Source of the DNA: Octopus sinensis
Taxonomy: Eukaryota
Length of the DNA stretch: 64,000 nucleotides
NCBI RefSeq assembly: GCF_006345805.1
Contig: NC_042997.1
Location: 2,294,001-2,358,000, forward strand
Direction of reading: 5' to 3'
Shown here piece after piece: positions 40,860 to 55,727 of the stretch (positions within the stretch are counted from its first letter, which is position 1; the number at the start of each line of letters is the position of its first letter). The notes beneath the pieces are model-generated. The model made no database searches, was not told where the DNA came from, and was given only the letters and a program-made list of their open reading frames with translations. A program made the position numbers and the translations under genes.

Positions 40860-41600
40860 CCAAAATCCACCTACACATCGGACTGGACAGTCCCTCTTGC
40901 CAACTCGTACCGATAATAACTATAAACATCCCGACTTAGAACCACCCACTATAATGACACGCTCTAACCATTCTAATGGCAAGAAGCAGCAGATCCTATG
41001 GTTCGTACCACCTATCGCTCTCCAAGTTAAATCTCTACCCAAACTTTTCTTTAAAATCCCAAACTCTATCTTCCCACGTTTGAAGAAATCGCTAAACATA
41101 TATCGTCACCACAACTCTTCATTATTTGATAGACTCTCAAATGTAATACTGTCTTGTAACCCAGTTTCAACTCCACATTTGCCCATTTTATCAAATCTAT
41201 GTAATCAGAGAATTATGATTATCTTTAATTAAAACTAACCTTGAGGTACGATAAGGTCAACCTAGCAATTTACTACCTGAGTTATACAACATTTCTTATT
41301 AAACTATACCTTTTCATTGTCATCTTTGTAGATTCCTCTAACCCTCCACATCCCACCTCTCTCATAATATTCCCAAGTGGTATTATGCCCCTCTTCTAAT
41401 ATCTCCTCTTCAATCAAAAGCACTTAATACTACCCCTCTCAATTAGATACTGACATATCAGCTCCTTCCTCCCTTCTCTATCGACCTCCGACTATTCAAT
41501 TTCAGACACCTCTGTATTACATAGGACACCTCTACCAATATCAACCCACATTCGTTATTCTATTAACCACTGCCATCTTCTTCACCAATTCCCCACTCTG
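40860..41600 (+). mobile_element. Penelope-like element fragment (RT/GIY-YIG linker)
   Basis: KKQQILWFVPPIALQVKSLPKLFFKIPNSIFP resembles the PLE motif IIWFNPPYS.NV.T.IG..FL.LI...FP; no catalytic motif seen. Confidence 0.55.
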
Positions 41601-42815
41601 TCCAACTTCCCGTGAAGAGTGGAAAAGTATTTGACGCTTCAAGCTTACCGTCATCTACAGAGAGGGATTTTAGAGGAAAAAAGTTGAGAGAGAACGCAAA
41701 AAACAGCGAGAGAGAAAATGTGTTGCGAATAACGCTTCAACATGATGAAATAACCAAAAGAAAGAGGCTTAATGAAAGGGAGATAATAACCATGACCCGG
41801 CTGAACAAAGGTGTGCCAGCGCGTGTGTATATGTGAATGTGTATGCGTGAATGGAGGGAGCGTATGTGAAACCGGACGTGGATCCTCCTGATGATGTCTT
41901 GAGCTAACTGGATCTTATAAAGGAGCTGTTGTGGTAGCAGACCACGAAACACGGTTGCAATTCCTCCTATGTGTAGGCGAGCATAAAATAACGTGTGTCT
42001 GAGCGTATGGACAAACCTATATGCACGGGAGGCTATCGTGTGTGTGCGTGTGTGTGTGCAAACGTTTGTATGCAGCTGTTACAGTGTGCCAACTCGAGTA
42101 ACGCGTGCACATGTGTGTGTGTATGTGTGTGTGTGTGCATTAAACATGAGCCTGACCCTATAGCGTACGTATTCTGAATGTGTATGTGTTAAAGTTGTAT
42201 GCGTTTAGGCGTCTTACGTGCATGAGCATTCTGTGTGGTTTTTAGAGTGACTACTACGTGTTGTGAGGAAATTGCATATATATGCGAAGTGGGACAGGAG
42301 TGACGAGAGTTAGGAGTTGGGAAGTATTGGATGGTTGTGTGCGTGGAGTGAGGGTGTATGTGTGAGTGCATGTCCACGTGAGTGTGTGTGGAAATGGTGT
42401 GTGGTGTGGGTTCTGATTTGAACAGTGTAGAGTTGTTTGTATAATTGTATGTGTGGTGAGAGTGCTGGTGAGTGTTTGTGGGTGTGTGCATAAAGGTATT
42501 TGATGTGGGTACGGGATGTGTTGGGTGCTAGTATATGTGTAGATGGAAAGGTATATATGAGACCATGTTTATGTGCGTGCGTGTGCGAGTGTATGCGTAA
42601 TGTGAGGTGTCAGTATTGAGTTGAATAGTGTGTATTAGTGCTTGTATAATGATATTTGTGGTGTGATTCTCACTTAGGTGGTGTCCATTTTGGGGAGTGG
42701 AGCGGAGGGGCAGTTAAAAGTGGGATGTGTGTAAGAATATGTGAGGGGTTGGTTTTTGATGAAGGGAGGTGGTGAATTCAAAGTTCAGGATTCAAGTGAA
42801 TCAAGTCCTTAAATA

Positions 42816-43514
42816 CTGGGTTTTCCGGAAAGTTCGTGCCGGTTTATAGTAGCTTATCTTTCGACTTATTAGAAATGGATTATCTACTGAAATGTTCAGA
42901 GAAAGCGATCCTGGAGTAAGCGACATGAGCCACCCTTAGCCACCCCAAAAGCGGGTCTTCACACTAAAATTTTCTTGCTTTGTGTCTAGTGGGATTGGAA
43001 AGGAATTCTGTACTATGAGCTTCTCCCAAGTAACCAGACAATTAATTCTGAGAAATACTGCACAAAACTGGACGAGTTAAAAGCTCCAATACAGGAAAAA
43101 CATCAAGTCTTGGCAAACAGGAAGAGTGTTGTTTTCCAAAATTATAATGCAAGACCGCACATTTATTTGGGAACCAGACAAAAATTGCTGCAGCTCGGCG
43201 GGGATGTGTTAACCCACGCTTCATATCCACCAGATCTTGCTGCTTCGGATTTCCACTTATTCGGGTCTCTGCAGAATAGTCTGAATGGTAAAACTTTCAA
43301 TTCTTTGGATGACGTAAAAAGATACCTTGATGAATTCTTTGCCATGAAACCACCTTCATTCTGGGAAGACGGTATTTTCAAGTTAAAGGAAAGATGGAGA
43401 CGCATTGTGCCAAAAACAAATGGTTCATATTTGGTTGATTAAAAATGTAATGGCAAGTATTTATTGACCTTTTTCTTTCCTTTAAAAATCGCACGAGTTT
43501 TCCGGACAACCCAA
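42816..43514 (+). mobile_element. 699-bp internally deleted mariner (DD34D type) with both TIRs
   Basis: TA|CTGGGTTTTCCGGAAAGTTCGTGCC ... GCACGAGTTTTCCGGACAACCCAA|TA; ORF 43110..43442 has NYNARPH, YPPDLAASDFHLFGSLQNSLNGKTF, GIFKLKERW; HTH region and first Asp deleted. Confidence 0.95.
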
Positions 43515-43699
43515 TAGTAAAGCACCAATATCAAGTCAATGAAATTGCTATCGTGTACAATACAAAGTTAAAGGAATATATACGTACATGCCAATGTAAA
43601 GACGGATACATATGTTCCGTATTTATATTGCATGTGCGATCTCGAGTAGCGTGTGAAACACTGTCTAAATTTTGTTGTTTTTTCATATATATTATTTTA

Positions 43700-44133
43700 T
43701 TCTTTTAATTGTTTCACCCATTGGACTGCAGCCATGCTGGAGCACTGCCTTTAGTCAAGCAAATCAACCCTATGACTTATTCTTTGTAAGAATACTAATT
43801 ATTCTATCGATGTATTATGCCAAACCGCTAAGTTACGGTGGTGTAAACAAACCAGTATCAGTGTGAAGCGATGTTGGGAACAAACGCAGACACACAAACG
43901 CGCACGCACACACACTCACACGCACAGACACACACACACACAAACACATACATACACACACACACATATATAGATATATATATATATAGACGGACTTCTT
44001 TCAGCTTCCGTGTACCAAATCCATCCACAAGGCTTTGGTCAGCTCGAGCCTAGAGTAGAAGACATTTGCTCAAGGTGCCAAGCAGAGCGACTGAACCCGG
44101 GACCATCTGGTAGGAAAGCAACCTATTTACCAC
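43700..44133 (-). mobile_element. SINE family A, full length
   Basis: Collinear with 39945-40333, including the central CA/TA microsatellite. Confidence 0.88.
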
Positions 44134-44407
44134 ATATGTAATTGTATCAAGGACCTGTAATCCTTTTACGGATGCTAGCATCGTAGGTCTCAGGGTTATA
44201 CCAGTGTTCGGTGAAAATTAAATGTATTTGTTTTGCATTGATGTATATAGGTATTTAAAATATTTATATATGAGGAAAAGAAGAAACTGGAGAAATTGAC
44301 ATGCAAACATCTGTTTATTCAAAGACATTCAATTCTGGATTTGAATATTTTAGAATAAACTGATGTCCGCAGTGCAATTTCTCCATTTTCTTCTTTATCG
44401 CATTCAT

Positions 44408-44463
<56 letters not shown>

Positions 44464-44465
44464 TG

Positions 44466-44497
<32 letters not shown>

Positions 44498-44574
44498 TGT
44501 ATGCATGTATGTATGTATGTCTGCATGTGTGTATGTATGTATGCTTATGTGTATGTAGATGGTAGATTTCAGGT

Positions 44575-45270
44575 CACTCATAACTGATTCTAGTAAAGTG
44601 GAATAGTGTACAACCTGTTCCACAATCGAGTCATTGGTGAGTAGAAAGGGAACCACCACCACCAAGCTTGCCTGGTGAGGGGCATTGCTAGAAGACGAGC
44701 AGAGCTAAAACCAAAGCTTGTCGAAAGGATAGTGTGGGTTCAACGAATCTCTAGCAATAGCAAGGCCTTCAGAAATTCCAGATTGGTATCCGGCGTGCAG
44801 GAAGATCACTGGATGTGAGGCGTCTTTTAGCTTTTGTTAACGCATGTCTCCACGAGAAGGCCACTCTGCTATAAAAGCCAAATATGCAGGGAATGGCATT
44901 AAATATTTTGGGGACATTTTGCTTGCGCTTGTGATTATGACACTTCCACATTCCTGAGACTGCGACCCATATTGACATTTGATGCATTGCCTTGTCTTTC
45001 TTTGGATCCTGTCAGTAGGATGAAGAGGGTCTGTGAGTTGTGCAAGCCTTATTTGACTCAATATTTTAGATTGTGCAATCGCCTGTCCGATCTTACGTCG
45101 TGTAGGATGGCGGTAAGCATAAAGCTGCGTGCGTGAACCCGGAGGAAGCCAATTGTTGGTGAAATAACCTCATGTACAGCATTTGCTGGAATTTGGCTTG
45201 GGCAATTGTCAGTGATGGCCTTCTTGCGTGACGAGTGGACAACGGCATCATCTTTATCTTTCTCTCCCTC
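44575..45270 (-). mobile_element. Degenerate CR1/L2-type LINE 3' end
   Basis: Minus-strand fragments TIGFLR, DRIQRK, SARL.SSNAPH and MTRLWNRL occur in the order expected for the L2/CR1 RT C-terminus; many frameshifts. Confidence 0.5.
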
Positions 45271-45383
45271 CCCTCCGCGACCTCTTCCACCTCATCATCA
45301 TCATAATCACTTGTAAATATATATGCATCTGAGTATGTACACGTATATGCACAGGTACGCATATATATATATCAGAATAAAGG

Positions 45384-45425
<42 letters not shown>

Positions 45426-45835
45426 TCAGTGAGAGTGTGAACGACTGTACTCCCTACAATACAAAAAATACAAAAAGAGATTAAAATGAAAAGCTGTTCA
45501 TAGCGGAGTGGAATTTATTCAGTTAGGAACCGTTTGTGTAACATACCTTCTTCATATCTGTGAAAATGTTTCATAGGTTTCCTCTCATTTTTTAAAAAAA
45601 TTCTCAATGATGCAAGTCCTCAACATATCTGGTGTAGGCTTCCATCTGCGGTGTATGAGAATGGTCGTATTTTCAAAGCAATAATTTATGACCAATTTGA
45701 ATGTTCCGAGCTCCCTGTTTCGAGCAGTTTCAAAGCTTTATAATCTTACCCTTATGTAATCAACGTACGAATTCCGTCACAGGTTAACTGCCTACGCGCT
45801 GCATTTGCACAACTCCGTACAAACACGCATGCACG

Positions 45836-45881
<46 letters not shown>

Positions 45882-46519
45882 TTTGATTGCGTATGTATGA
45901 ATTTGTATTCAGGGTATATTGCACTTACCATCGTTAGCCACTGAATTTGATATGCATGTGATTATGTGTTTATTTCTCATCCTTAGATTAGTTTAGATTT
46001 ATGCGCTTAAAACCGATGATAAATTAGTGATTTACATCTTCAAGAAGATGGCTGGAGAGATTAAGTCTTCCGGAAGAGGGTTACAAGTTTACAGTTCCAA
46101 TTGATGTTTCATCCGTCCTCTACGCATTAATTATGAAGTTATTGAAGTACAGCTGAGTCATACAGCAACCTAACGCACAAGGATAATTTTCTGTAGAATG
46201 ATTTCTATCTAAATGCTTAAATTAGTTATAGACGTGCACAGTTAGAAATATTTTCACTGTGATGGATTTAAACAGCTTTGGATGGATATTTTTAGAAAAT
46301 TAATTTACTGCGATTCAAATGCTGTTCACTGCTTAAAATGTTCTGAACTGATTGCCAGTTGCTTATCACGCATTGAATTGGAATTCTTTGTTTAGGTTTT
46401 TCGTTACATATGAATGCTTTATATTCTTCCGGTCCCTTCTTACATAGAATGATTTCAGCAAAATAATTCAATTCATAGGCAGATATTGTTTGCATTTTAT
46501 ACTCCATTCAAATATAGTG

Positions 46520-46520
<1 letters not shown>

Positions 46521-46601
<81 letters not shown>

Positions 46602-46615
46602 TACACACACACATA
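46521..46615. repeat. (CA)n microsatellite
   Basis: Visible repeat; source of the HT ORF. Confidence 0.97.
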
Positions 46616-46624
46616 GTTTACTTT

Positions 46625-46930
46625 TACAGTTGATCCAATCAACTGAACAACCTTCTCGTAAAATAAACGCGAAAGTGGTGTTCCAGCATGTCCTCAGCTA
46701 CATGGCTGAAATGAGTAAAAGCATCAGTGGCAGATTACTCCACAGATACGCATGCCTTTATCGTAGTTCTGAGGAAGATCCACTGTGACACAAAACGTGA
46801 AATGTTTGGTCCTGTGAATTTTGCTGAGTACACTGAAACAACGGGAAGTAAAGTGTCTTGCTAAAGGATACAACGCGCCGCGAGGAATTGAACTCATGAC
46901 CTTAAGATAATGAACCGATTACTCCGGTGT
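46625..46930 (-). mobile_element. tRNA-derived SINE, family D (CORE-like domain)
   Basis: Minus strand aaggtcatgagttcaattcc B-box followed by gtatcctttagcaagacactttacttcccg and gaaggttgttcagttgattggatcaactg. Confidence 0.6.
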
Positions 46931-48940
46931 TTGTGTCTCAGTGTGTGCGCGCGCGCATGCGTGTGTGTATGTGCATATATGTATGTATATCAGGAAGTAT
47001 CAGAAATCTTTAAGACAACAAAATCTATGTAAGTAGGTCTGGCAAGGCACTATATTAATCATAACCAATATATCTTATTAAACTGTTTTAATAGATTTAT
47101 TAGCATATATCTTGTAGCCTCATATATCTTGTAGCCTTATATAGAGTGGGAAGCATTATGTGCAGTTAGTACTTAGCATTGTCATGTGTATTCTACGTTC
47201 AAATGCTACGAGTGCCACCAGGCTGAAATGAAATTATTTGCGTTGTGTAATTTCTTTTCAGTCTTCGTGTAATGCTTTCAGTCATTTACTTGGTGCTAAG
47301 CCGAATCATCAAATACACTGGTATACATTATTATATCTAAGATTAACTTGAGTTGTATATGCATCTCTTGCTTTCCAACGGGTAGAAGAGAAAACTAACA
47401 TGGTGGGGTCATTTGAATTCATAATGGAAATTAATGTTACCAAATAACATAGATCACTTTGATCAATATATTACTGTCATTATAGACGACCAAGATTATG
47501 TTCAATACAAGAAATGGTGATAAAATTCGAAGTGTATAACGATAATTAAACGGAGTCAAATGTGTAGGTAAGTCAGGAACAATCTTCTATAAACAATACC
47601 TCCCTTAACCAAAGACGTACATCATTTGAAAAGTTCAAATCTATTAAACTGGATATTTTATTGATGATATTGAACCACCTCGTTGTTGATTATTACTGTC
47701 ACATAATATAAATTAGTCCGTTTTATCACAATCCTGTAATTAACAATTAGCAATAATTTTTAATATGCTATTCAACGCACTCAAAACCTTCCGTAGCAGA
47801 GTTTATTTAAAGGTGTATGAAATTATAAACTAAATAAGTGACGGCCAATCAACGATATAGTAACATTAAAACAAGAGTTAATTGAAAACAATGATATACT
47901 ACTTACGCTCCATATCATAACTAAGTTATTAAAACAGGTAAGGTTGTCAGTTTTCTTTAGTTTTTTTTATACTGCATAAAATATTGTATCACTTTTCTGT
48001 TCCGTTAGCCTGAAATATTGATGAAGTTTTTGCTTTTATTTTCTCTTTTCACTGAACCTTCTTACTTTCCATTAGACAAGTCCATGAAATATGTATCGTT
48101 TGTATTAATTCAGACTCTTTCCTTTGTATATACATACTGACTCACCTAATGTTGCACTTACAATTAATATCGTCACTATTCTGATACGAAAAACCTATCA
48201 CATTGGAGCGAAGAAAAGAAATCGCGTAATATGACAGAAAAAGATTTATAAGTGAAGATTAATGGTATGATTCATAGAAATAAAATATATTTAATGACAC
48301 TAAATGACATTTATGCATTGTTTACATTTTCGCATGTAATGCATTAACAGATTGATTTTCTGATTATTATATTATAATTGTAACTTTCGTGTTATACACT
48401 TCGGTCGATATATGAAATGGAGGTAGTCTATTAATTCATAGATTCGTTAATGTTTCTTGTGTGAAAAGTAATTAGATATTATTCATCTAATCCGCGTGAG
48501 AAAGAAACAACAAATGCATATTCAATATTCTCGGATGTATAAGCGAAGAATACAACCATTTATAATACACATTAGGCTGTACTTGTTTGAAGCAAGATGA
48601 ATTTATATCCAGATATCTACGTTTTTAAGCAATTTTCACATATATGTCAGCCGTCGTAAACATATCATATGCTTAATGAAAAATCTATTAAGCTGGACAA
48701 TGTGTAAGAAATTTTAAAGAAAATCATATGATATTTTCAACTAATACACTACTCCTATATAATGACCAAACACACGCCCGTATATTATCTAATCATGTCA
48801 AATCTTATGTAAATATATTCCCATTTACGAATCCTTATATGAGCTGAGGAAGAAAAGAAGCATAGAAGTGCACCAACAATAACATGCAGGCGCGCATATA
48901 TGAATGCAGACAGACACATGATCTCACACTCTCTTACTTG

Positions 48941-48975
<35 letters not shown>

Positions 48976-49207
48976 TTATATATATATATATATATATGTA
49001 TTTACTGACACTGAATGAAACAACTCCGATGGAAATAATAGATGCGCGGCGATTTTGCAGCAGTTCTTATACAATATTCCTCTAAATTTATTCTCCATAC
49101 TACAAACAAGATTTTAATACCATGTTTAGTGTATAACTTCGAGAAGCTCCTGAATTGATGTTAGAATTCCTCATAGTATGTAATATACACCTGTAGTATT
49201 TGCAAGG

Positions 49208-49428
49208 GGATATTCTTTCTGTTCCAAGCACAAAGGCCGAAATTTTTTTGAGTGGGGGGCAGTCGATTGGGTCGACTCCAGTACGCAACTGGTAGTTAAT
49301 TTATCCACCCCGAAAGGATGAATGGCAGAGTCGATCTTGGCAGAATTTGAACTCAGAAGGTAAAGACAGACGAAATAGCGTTAAGCATTTCGGTCGGCGA
49401 ACTAAAGTTTCAGCCAGCTCGCAGCCTT
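49208..49428 (-). mobile_element. SINE family B, full length
   Basis: Minus strand ggctgcgagctggctgaaac ... gaaatgcttaacgctatttcg ... gagttcaaattctgcc ... ccagttgcgtactggagtcgac ... ttgtgcttggaacagaaagaat. Confidence 0.88.
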
Positions 49429-51268
49429 ATTTGCAAGAGAATATTATACAGACTCTGCGATCCATACTGCATACTATAATAGAATACCTAAGAAAGAGGG
49501 TATCTGTTTCATCTGTAGTAAGAACACAAAAAATACAACAATATTTTAAAGTGGATAAAGTCCTTTAATTATACATCGTTTTGTACATCACACATTATAA
49601 CGTATATAAAGGTACACGGCTGAGACTAGAAACATGATATAAACCTGCCGCAATTCCTTTCAGAAAATATTAAATATTATATAAATATTATATTAGGAAC
49701 ATGTAGTGATTGGATAAGACACAGAGACGTTACTGCAACAAATTGAATAGTCTATCTAAGGGCGTATAAAAACTTATTATTAACAGCTTCTTATCCCATT
49801 TGCTTTATGTCCTCAATCTAAACGCGCTAGTATATATAGAGACTATTGATCGGAATGTACTTCAATAATAATGTGCATCTTCAAAAAGCCGGCAATATAC
49901 TTAAATCGATTCCCTAAATGCAGTATATGCCTAACAGATAAAATGCACATATTAAAACATACAATACATTATGTAACGAAAAATCTAATATAATGGGTTA
50001 TTCTCATCGTGGAAATAATTTTGAACTGCTTCTTTTCGCTCCATACACCCTGGTGTACTGATTCAACTACAACGCAAATAAATCAAATGTGCGGCTGCGT
50101 AGCTGAAGTTGACGGAGCTCAGATATTCGACAGAGTAATTTTACTTTCATCATGATCATTCGGTCATCCCTAATAACATAATGAGAATTTTTTTTAACCC
50201 TACTTGAATCCGTGATCCCAATTGACCATTCAGAATAAGCACAGCTGGTGTGCTACAGCGTAGAGGGTACAGCGTACAGCGTTAATAATTCACAAAATTA
50301 TGCATGATTGGTCATGCACGTAATACGCGCGCGGATCTTTGTGTAACAAATGGAATGAATCATCATATGACGCTTATTGCACATAAAAGCTATACTTCGT
50401 ATTAAGTGCTCTTATATTTCATTCAGAAAGTAAGCTGATGTACATATGTGTATGGATATATATTTATATTCGCATGTATGTTTGCATGCACACGTATGTA
50501 TATATGTATGTATATATATACATATATATATATATGTGTATATATATATATGTATTTATATATATATATACATTCATGTGTGTATGTTCGTGCGTTTGCG
50601 TGTGTGTATGTGATTATATGCTTATAGACATACGTATACAAGGTTTGCTGTGTTTGGATACATGTATGTATATGTACGTGTGTGAGCCGTTGTATATCCC
50701 TAGGATTGACATTTCTTTCAGTATCGGAATATGCGTGTCTAGTGTTCAATAAATGAAAGATCTGAGTAAATAATCTACTGACAGATATACCTTGCATCTA
50801 ATTCTGGTGTGATACAGTGTGAAATGGTTGGATTTCGGATAAATTAATGGTACAGTCTATTCGATAATCTAGGAAAAGTCTTCCGTCTCGTCTACCAAAA
50901 TCAGTCCCTAATTTTGGCTCAAGCATAAGCTATCGTATAATACCACGCAGTGGCATTGACTCCGTAGTTGAACTGAACCACTCAGTCGCGGTGAAGAATG
51001 CACCAACGACCCTGTAACATTATCTCTCACACCGTTCATATAAAACACACACACGCTCTGAAGTTTTCTCTCACACGCACACACACACGAACACACATAA
51101 ACACACACATCCATATGTATAAGTATATATATTGTTATAATTCGGGTAGATCATTTTTTTTTTTTTTGCTAAATAGACACAAGCACTCTATATTCGTTCT
51201 TCACTTCAGATTTATTATTTTTCTTATCTTGTCTTTCGACACACATCTGCTCCCTTCACCAACTCTAA

Positions 51269-51269
<1 letters not shown>

Positions 51270-51353
<84 letters not shown>

Positions 51354-51388
51354 ATCTATCTATCTATCTATATATCTATCTATCTATC

Positions 51389-51419
<31 letters not shown>

Positions 51420-51502
51420 CTATCTACCTATCTATCTATCTATCTATATATATATATATCTGTCAGTCTGTCTGTTTGTCTGTCTGTCTGTCTCTCTCTC
51501 TC

Positions 51503-51548
<46 letters not shown>

Positions 51549-51585
51549 AAGACAGAGATACATACATAGATACATACATACATAT
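51270..51585. repeat. (TATC)n/(TGTC)n/(GA)n compound microsatellite
   Basis: Visible repeat. Confidence 0.97.
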
Positions 51586-53741
51586 AATTAAGATTCAGTA
51601 GATTTAAGTACTTAAATTTGAAGAGATCGAAATTAAGCGATCAAAATGAAAATAAGTAACAAGGATGTCCAGGTATCAATGCATTGCGGCCGTTTCAAGC
51701 GGTTTCATTTAATCGATCAATGGAAATATGATATGAATTTGAAACAAACCGCTCTCCTTAAATGCAGATGCCCATATAGATTTCCAACATAAAGGGTAAA
51801 CTATTTTAAACATTTATAGCAATTTTATATCAGTACTAGAAGCCAAACTAATTACATTGTTCCCTTATATTTTATTTGTGGCAGAATGAATTCATAGAAT
51901 AATACATATCAATTTAAGCCTACTATAATTTAGAGAGTAGCTGAGGAAAATTGTGGTGTAGAGAGATAATTATTTATTATTATTTTTAATTAAAATATTT
52001 TATGTAGCATATAGTCTACAACCATTTAGGATTAAATCCCTTAGGAGTCGTCAGCTATGTGCCAGTTGATAAATTTTTTTACTGGGTCCATATATCAGGC
52101 GTTATCTACATAATAGACATGTCACAGAGCTGCTAGTGAGAGTATGACTAATGGGGAAGAAGTGATAACTAGATGAAGGAAAAATGCGGGTGGCTTTTCT
52201 TTATTTAGATTATCAAATAAAAGCGGGGTATAGTGAAAAACAAAAGAGGTGAAAATAAGCTCTAAGAACAGGAATTTGAAATGAGAGACATGGGATATAG
52301 TAATTCAGGAATTAGCAAATTTAATATATTAAATTTAGAAAAAAGAATTATAGAACAATATATAGAAGGATTTAAATTAAACTTAAAACCTAATAATGAG
52401 GTACATAGATATATAAGAGAAAGTTCATAAGGCCTTTTCCATCCATACTTTTAAGGTGGTCGCAATAAAAACATTCCACAATGAATTTATAAATGAATTA
52501 AATTATCATGTGAGTAGGAGTACACAATATAAATTATTATCTGAGTAGGAGTACATAGTATATATTAAATCAAAACAAGTATAAGACATCGAAAATATGG
52601 AATCGATTGTAAGTGGTACTTAAATAAGAGGTATACCAAATGTATAATAGAGTACATGCGAAAGTAATATCTAATCTGATATGGGCATGTAACTATTTAT
52701 TGGATATTATATGATAAGAAACTAAAATGAAATAAATAATTTTCCGATCACTTAAACTTTTTGCCAAGTTCTTTCCATTGGCAAAATATGCATTTTTTAA
52801 GACAGTAAAATATCTGAAAATCGGTTATAGTAATATAGTTTTCCAATCTGATTGCTATGAAGGTATGATATTTTGGAGAAAAAAAAATAGAGGAAAATTT
52901 ACAGGCGTTTAAATATCGAAAAAAAAACTGTATTTTTAGCCAATAGTGAGACAGAAAATTTCTGCGTTTAGTGGAGCGGTGTCAACATTATGGTTATACC
53001 CTGTGAAATTTATAGTTTAGCGTCTGTGATATTACCTTTCATTGTTGATTTCTAAATAAACAGAAATATCTATTAAAATCAACATGTATCATTTACTGCC
53101 TCTTTTGTCTCTTCACTGATTGTATGTTTTCATTATTTTTTAAAAATTTGTTATAAACAAAGAATTTGGCCCAAGAAAAAGAATACCTTATATTTAGTTT
53201 CATAATGTCAAGTATAATCATCGCAAACAACTTTTGCTATATATACAAACTATGTAAAAAATTAGGACAATTGAAGAAAAATATCTATAATAAAATTCGA
53301 ATTGATAAATACAAATTTTTCTTAAAATAAAATACGCGTTTGTAGCAAATCTCGTGGTCTGAAGAATCAACACAACATGCGAGTGTACCACAACACAACG
53401 TGCGATTGTCATAGTAAGAAGCTGCTAATACCTCGCTGTCATTTGATTGACTAAAATTACCTAAATTTCACATAGTTAATGAAATGATGATATAGAGGAC
53501 ACGAGTAAATGAATACGGAGTTGAAGAAAGAAAAGAAAAAAGAGGCATACATTTTCACAGTTCAACTTCCACTTTTTCCAATATTAATAATGTATATAAC
53601 TTGAGGTATTTGATTTGACTTAACGTTTTTTATCCCCTTTAACAATTATAGATACATACATACATAGTGTTTGTTTGTTTGTTCATTCTCGAGGCATGCC
53701 TAGCTCATAAGGCCGGTTACACACACACACCACACACACAT

Positions 53742-53792
<51 letters not shown>

Positions 53793-54804
53793 TACATATA
53801 TACATACATACATAGATAATCACATGAAATCGGTCAAATCGGGCAACATTTAAAAATGAGCGAAAGAAATGCATCACCACATACTTTAACGGCAATTTTG
53901 AAAATTGGTAAAGCTTTTTCTCAAATTCTGATATGAAATCCTTTTGTAATTTCATTATTATGAGACTGCTTTTGTATCTGATCACTTTTTTCTACTATAG
54001 ATACACGGTTTGAAATTTTATGAGGAAATATACCATAATATACCAAGTCTGTTAAAATATATACGCGCAATGTTTTTTTTTATTTATGACTAATTCACGG
54101 GTGTTTAGACAACTACCTCTCTTTCTGTGAGTGAGTGTGCGTTTGTGTGTGTGTGTGTGTGTGTATGTGTGTGTGTGTTTCAGTGTGTTTGAGGGGAAGG
54201 GGTGCATGTGCTTGATTGCATATGCATTTATGTGCATTAAAAGAAATGAATTCCCTGCATCTTGCACGAGGACTTTTCAAGGTAAATTGAATATACACCA
54301 TAGGATTTTTGTCATGGCTAACAAACAATTTACAGAAGTGACGCATTATCACACGGGTCATTATAACAGATTATTAGGTCATCGTGATTGATTTGCAAGT
54401 AATCGAACAGGAGGTTATTCAGTAATATTAAATATTTATTGGGTCCATTACTTGCTATTGAAACCATTGCTTCTGCAATTATTAATAAGGGTAAATATCC
54501 GAAGCATACATTTCAGTCCTATTAGAAACCTGTAAGCAACTAGCACTTATGGTATCATTCTTAAAACTTGTTCGATATTTAGTCAGGAACATACACACAC
54601 ATATACTCACGCACAAACACAGGCACACACACACGCACACGGAGAAACACATAAAAGCGCGCACACATATGAATGTGTAATACAGATGGTGAATGGAGAA
54701 TAAAAATATTAAATAACACTTAACTCTGAATATAAATATACAACGAATTAAAGGTACAGTGTATGTTTAAACATTTTGCATCACACTCTTAGACAACATA
54801 CATA

Positions 54805-55465
54805 CAGGGGTTGGACAAAATAATGGAAACACCTAGCATCATAGCATCATAACTTTGCAACATCTATAAAACCGTCAAAGGCTTGTTTATTGATGTTTCT
54901 TTGATTTATTATTAGTGTTGCTTAATACATTTTGTCTAAAATTGCTGTTCCTTTTCAGATATTATCAGAAAAAGGTAATCAAAATTCATTGAAATTACAA
55001 AACTTTCGGACTTTCAAAGAAGTCAAATTATTGGTGCTTATATGGCAGGCGCTAGCGTAACAAAAACAGCTGAAATGTTTGGTGTATCTGAAAGTAGTCT
55101 CGAAAGTAACGACAGTCTTTGAGAAAGACGTAAATACCTCCTCGTCGAAAGAAAACTCCGGAAGAAAACCAAAAGTTTCAGATAAGGACCGCTAGAATCT
55201 TATGCGAATTGTTAGAAATGATTACAAAATTATAGCTCCCAAAATTACTGCAGAGCTTAAAGACCAGTTTCCAAAATAATTGTTCGCCGTGAGTGCTTCG
55301 CCGAGGACTGCACAAAGCAGCATTTCACGGCATTTCTGCTCTCAAAAACAAACGTTGCAAAGCGTTTAGAATTCAAGCTCTCACTACTGCCAAATGTGGT
55401 TAGCACTTATTAAAATAAATTTGTTTGAAATTTTAAGGTGTTTTTATTATTTTGCCAATCCCCTG
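54805..55465 (+). mobile_element. 661-bp internally deleted Tc1-like element with both 29-bp TIRs (same family as 36713-37911)
   Basis: TA|CAGGGGTTGGACAAAATAATGGAAACACC ... GGTGTTTTTATTATTTTGCCAATCCCCTG|TA; FQRSQIIGAYMAGASVTKTAEMFGVS N-terminus; DDE region absent. Confidence 0.93.
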
Positions 55466-55727
55466 TATAAAAGTAAGCATTACACCTGCATACACACACT
55501 CACACCACACACACACATACACACACACACAAACATATACATAGAAACTCAAACACATATAGATGTGTGTGTATTTGTGTGAGCGTGTGATTCTGTATGT
55601 GTATGTGTGTGTATACATCTGTATTTCATATCTATTAAAATTAAGGTAATAGCTATTATAGAACTAACAAGATTATGAAGCAGCTGAAAACGAATTAAAT
55701 ATACCCCACTCTCACCTCTCTGCTCTA

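Noticed and set aside
44600-44770. RTE 5' leader or HDV-like ribozyme (ATTGCTAGA/TCTAGCAAT stem followed by AGCAA)
   Set aside because: Could not build P1/P3/P1.1, and the opposite strand translates as an L2/CR1 RT C-terminus.
47487-47937. Two strong plus-strand donors (47567, 47937)
   Set aside because: Upstream segment of the first has stops in all frames; a few such sites are expected by chance.
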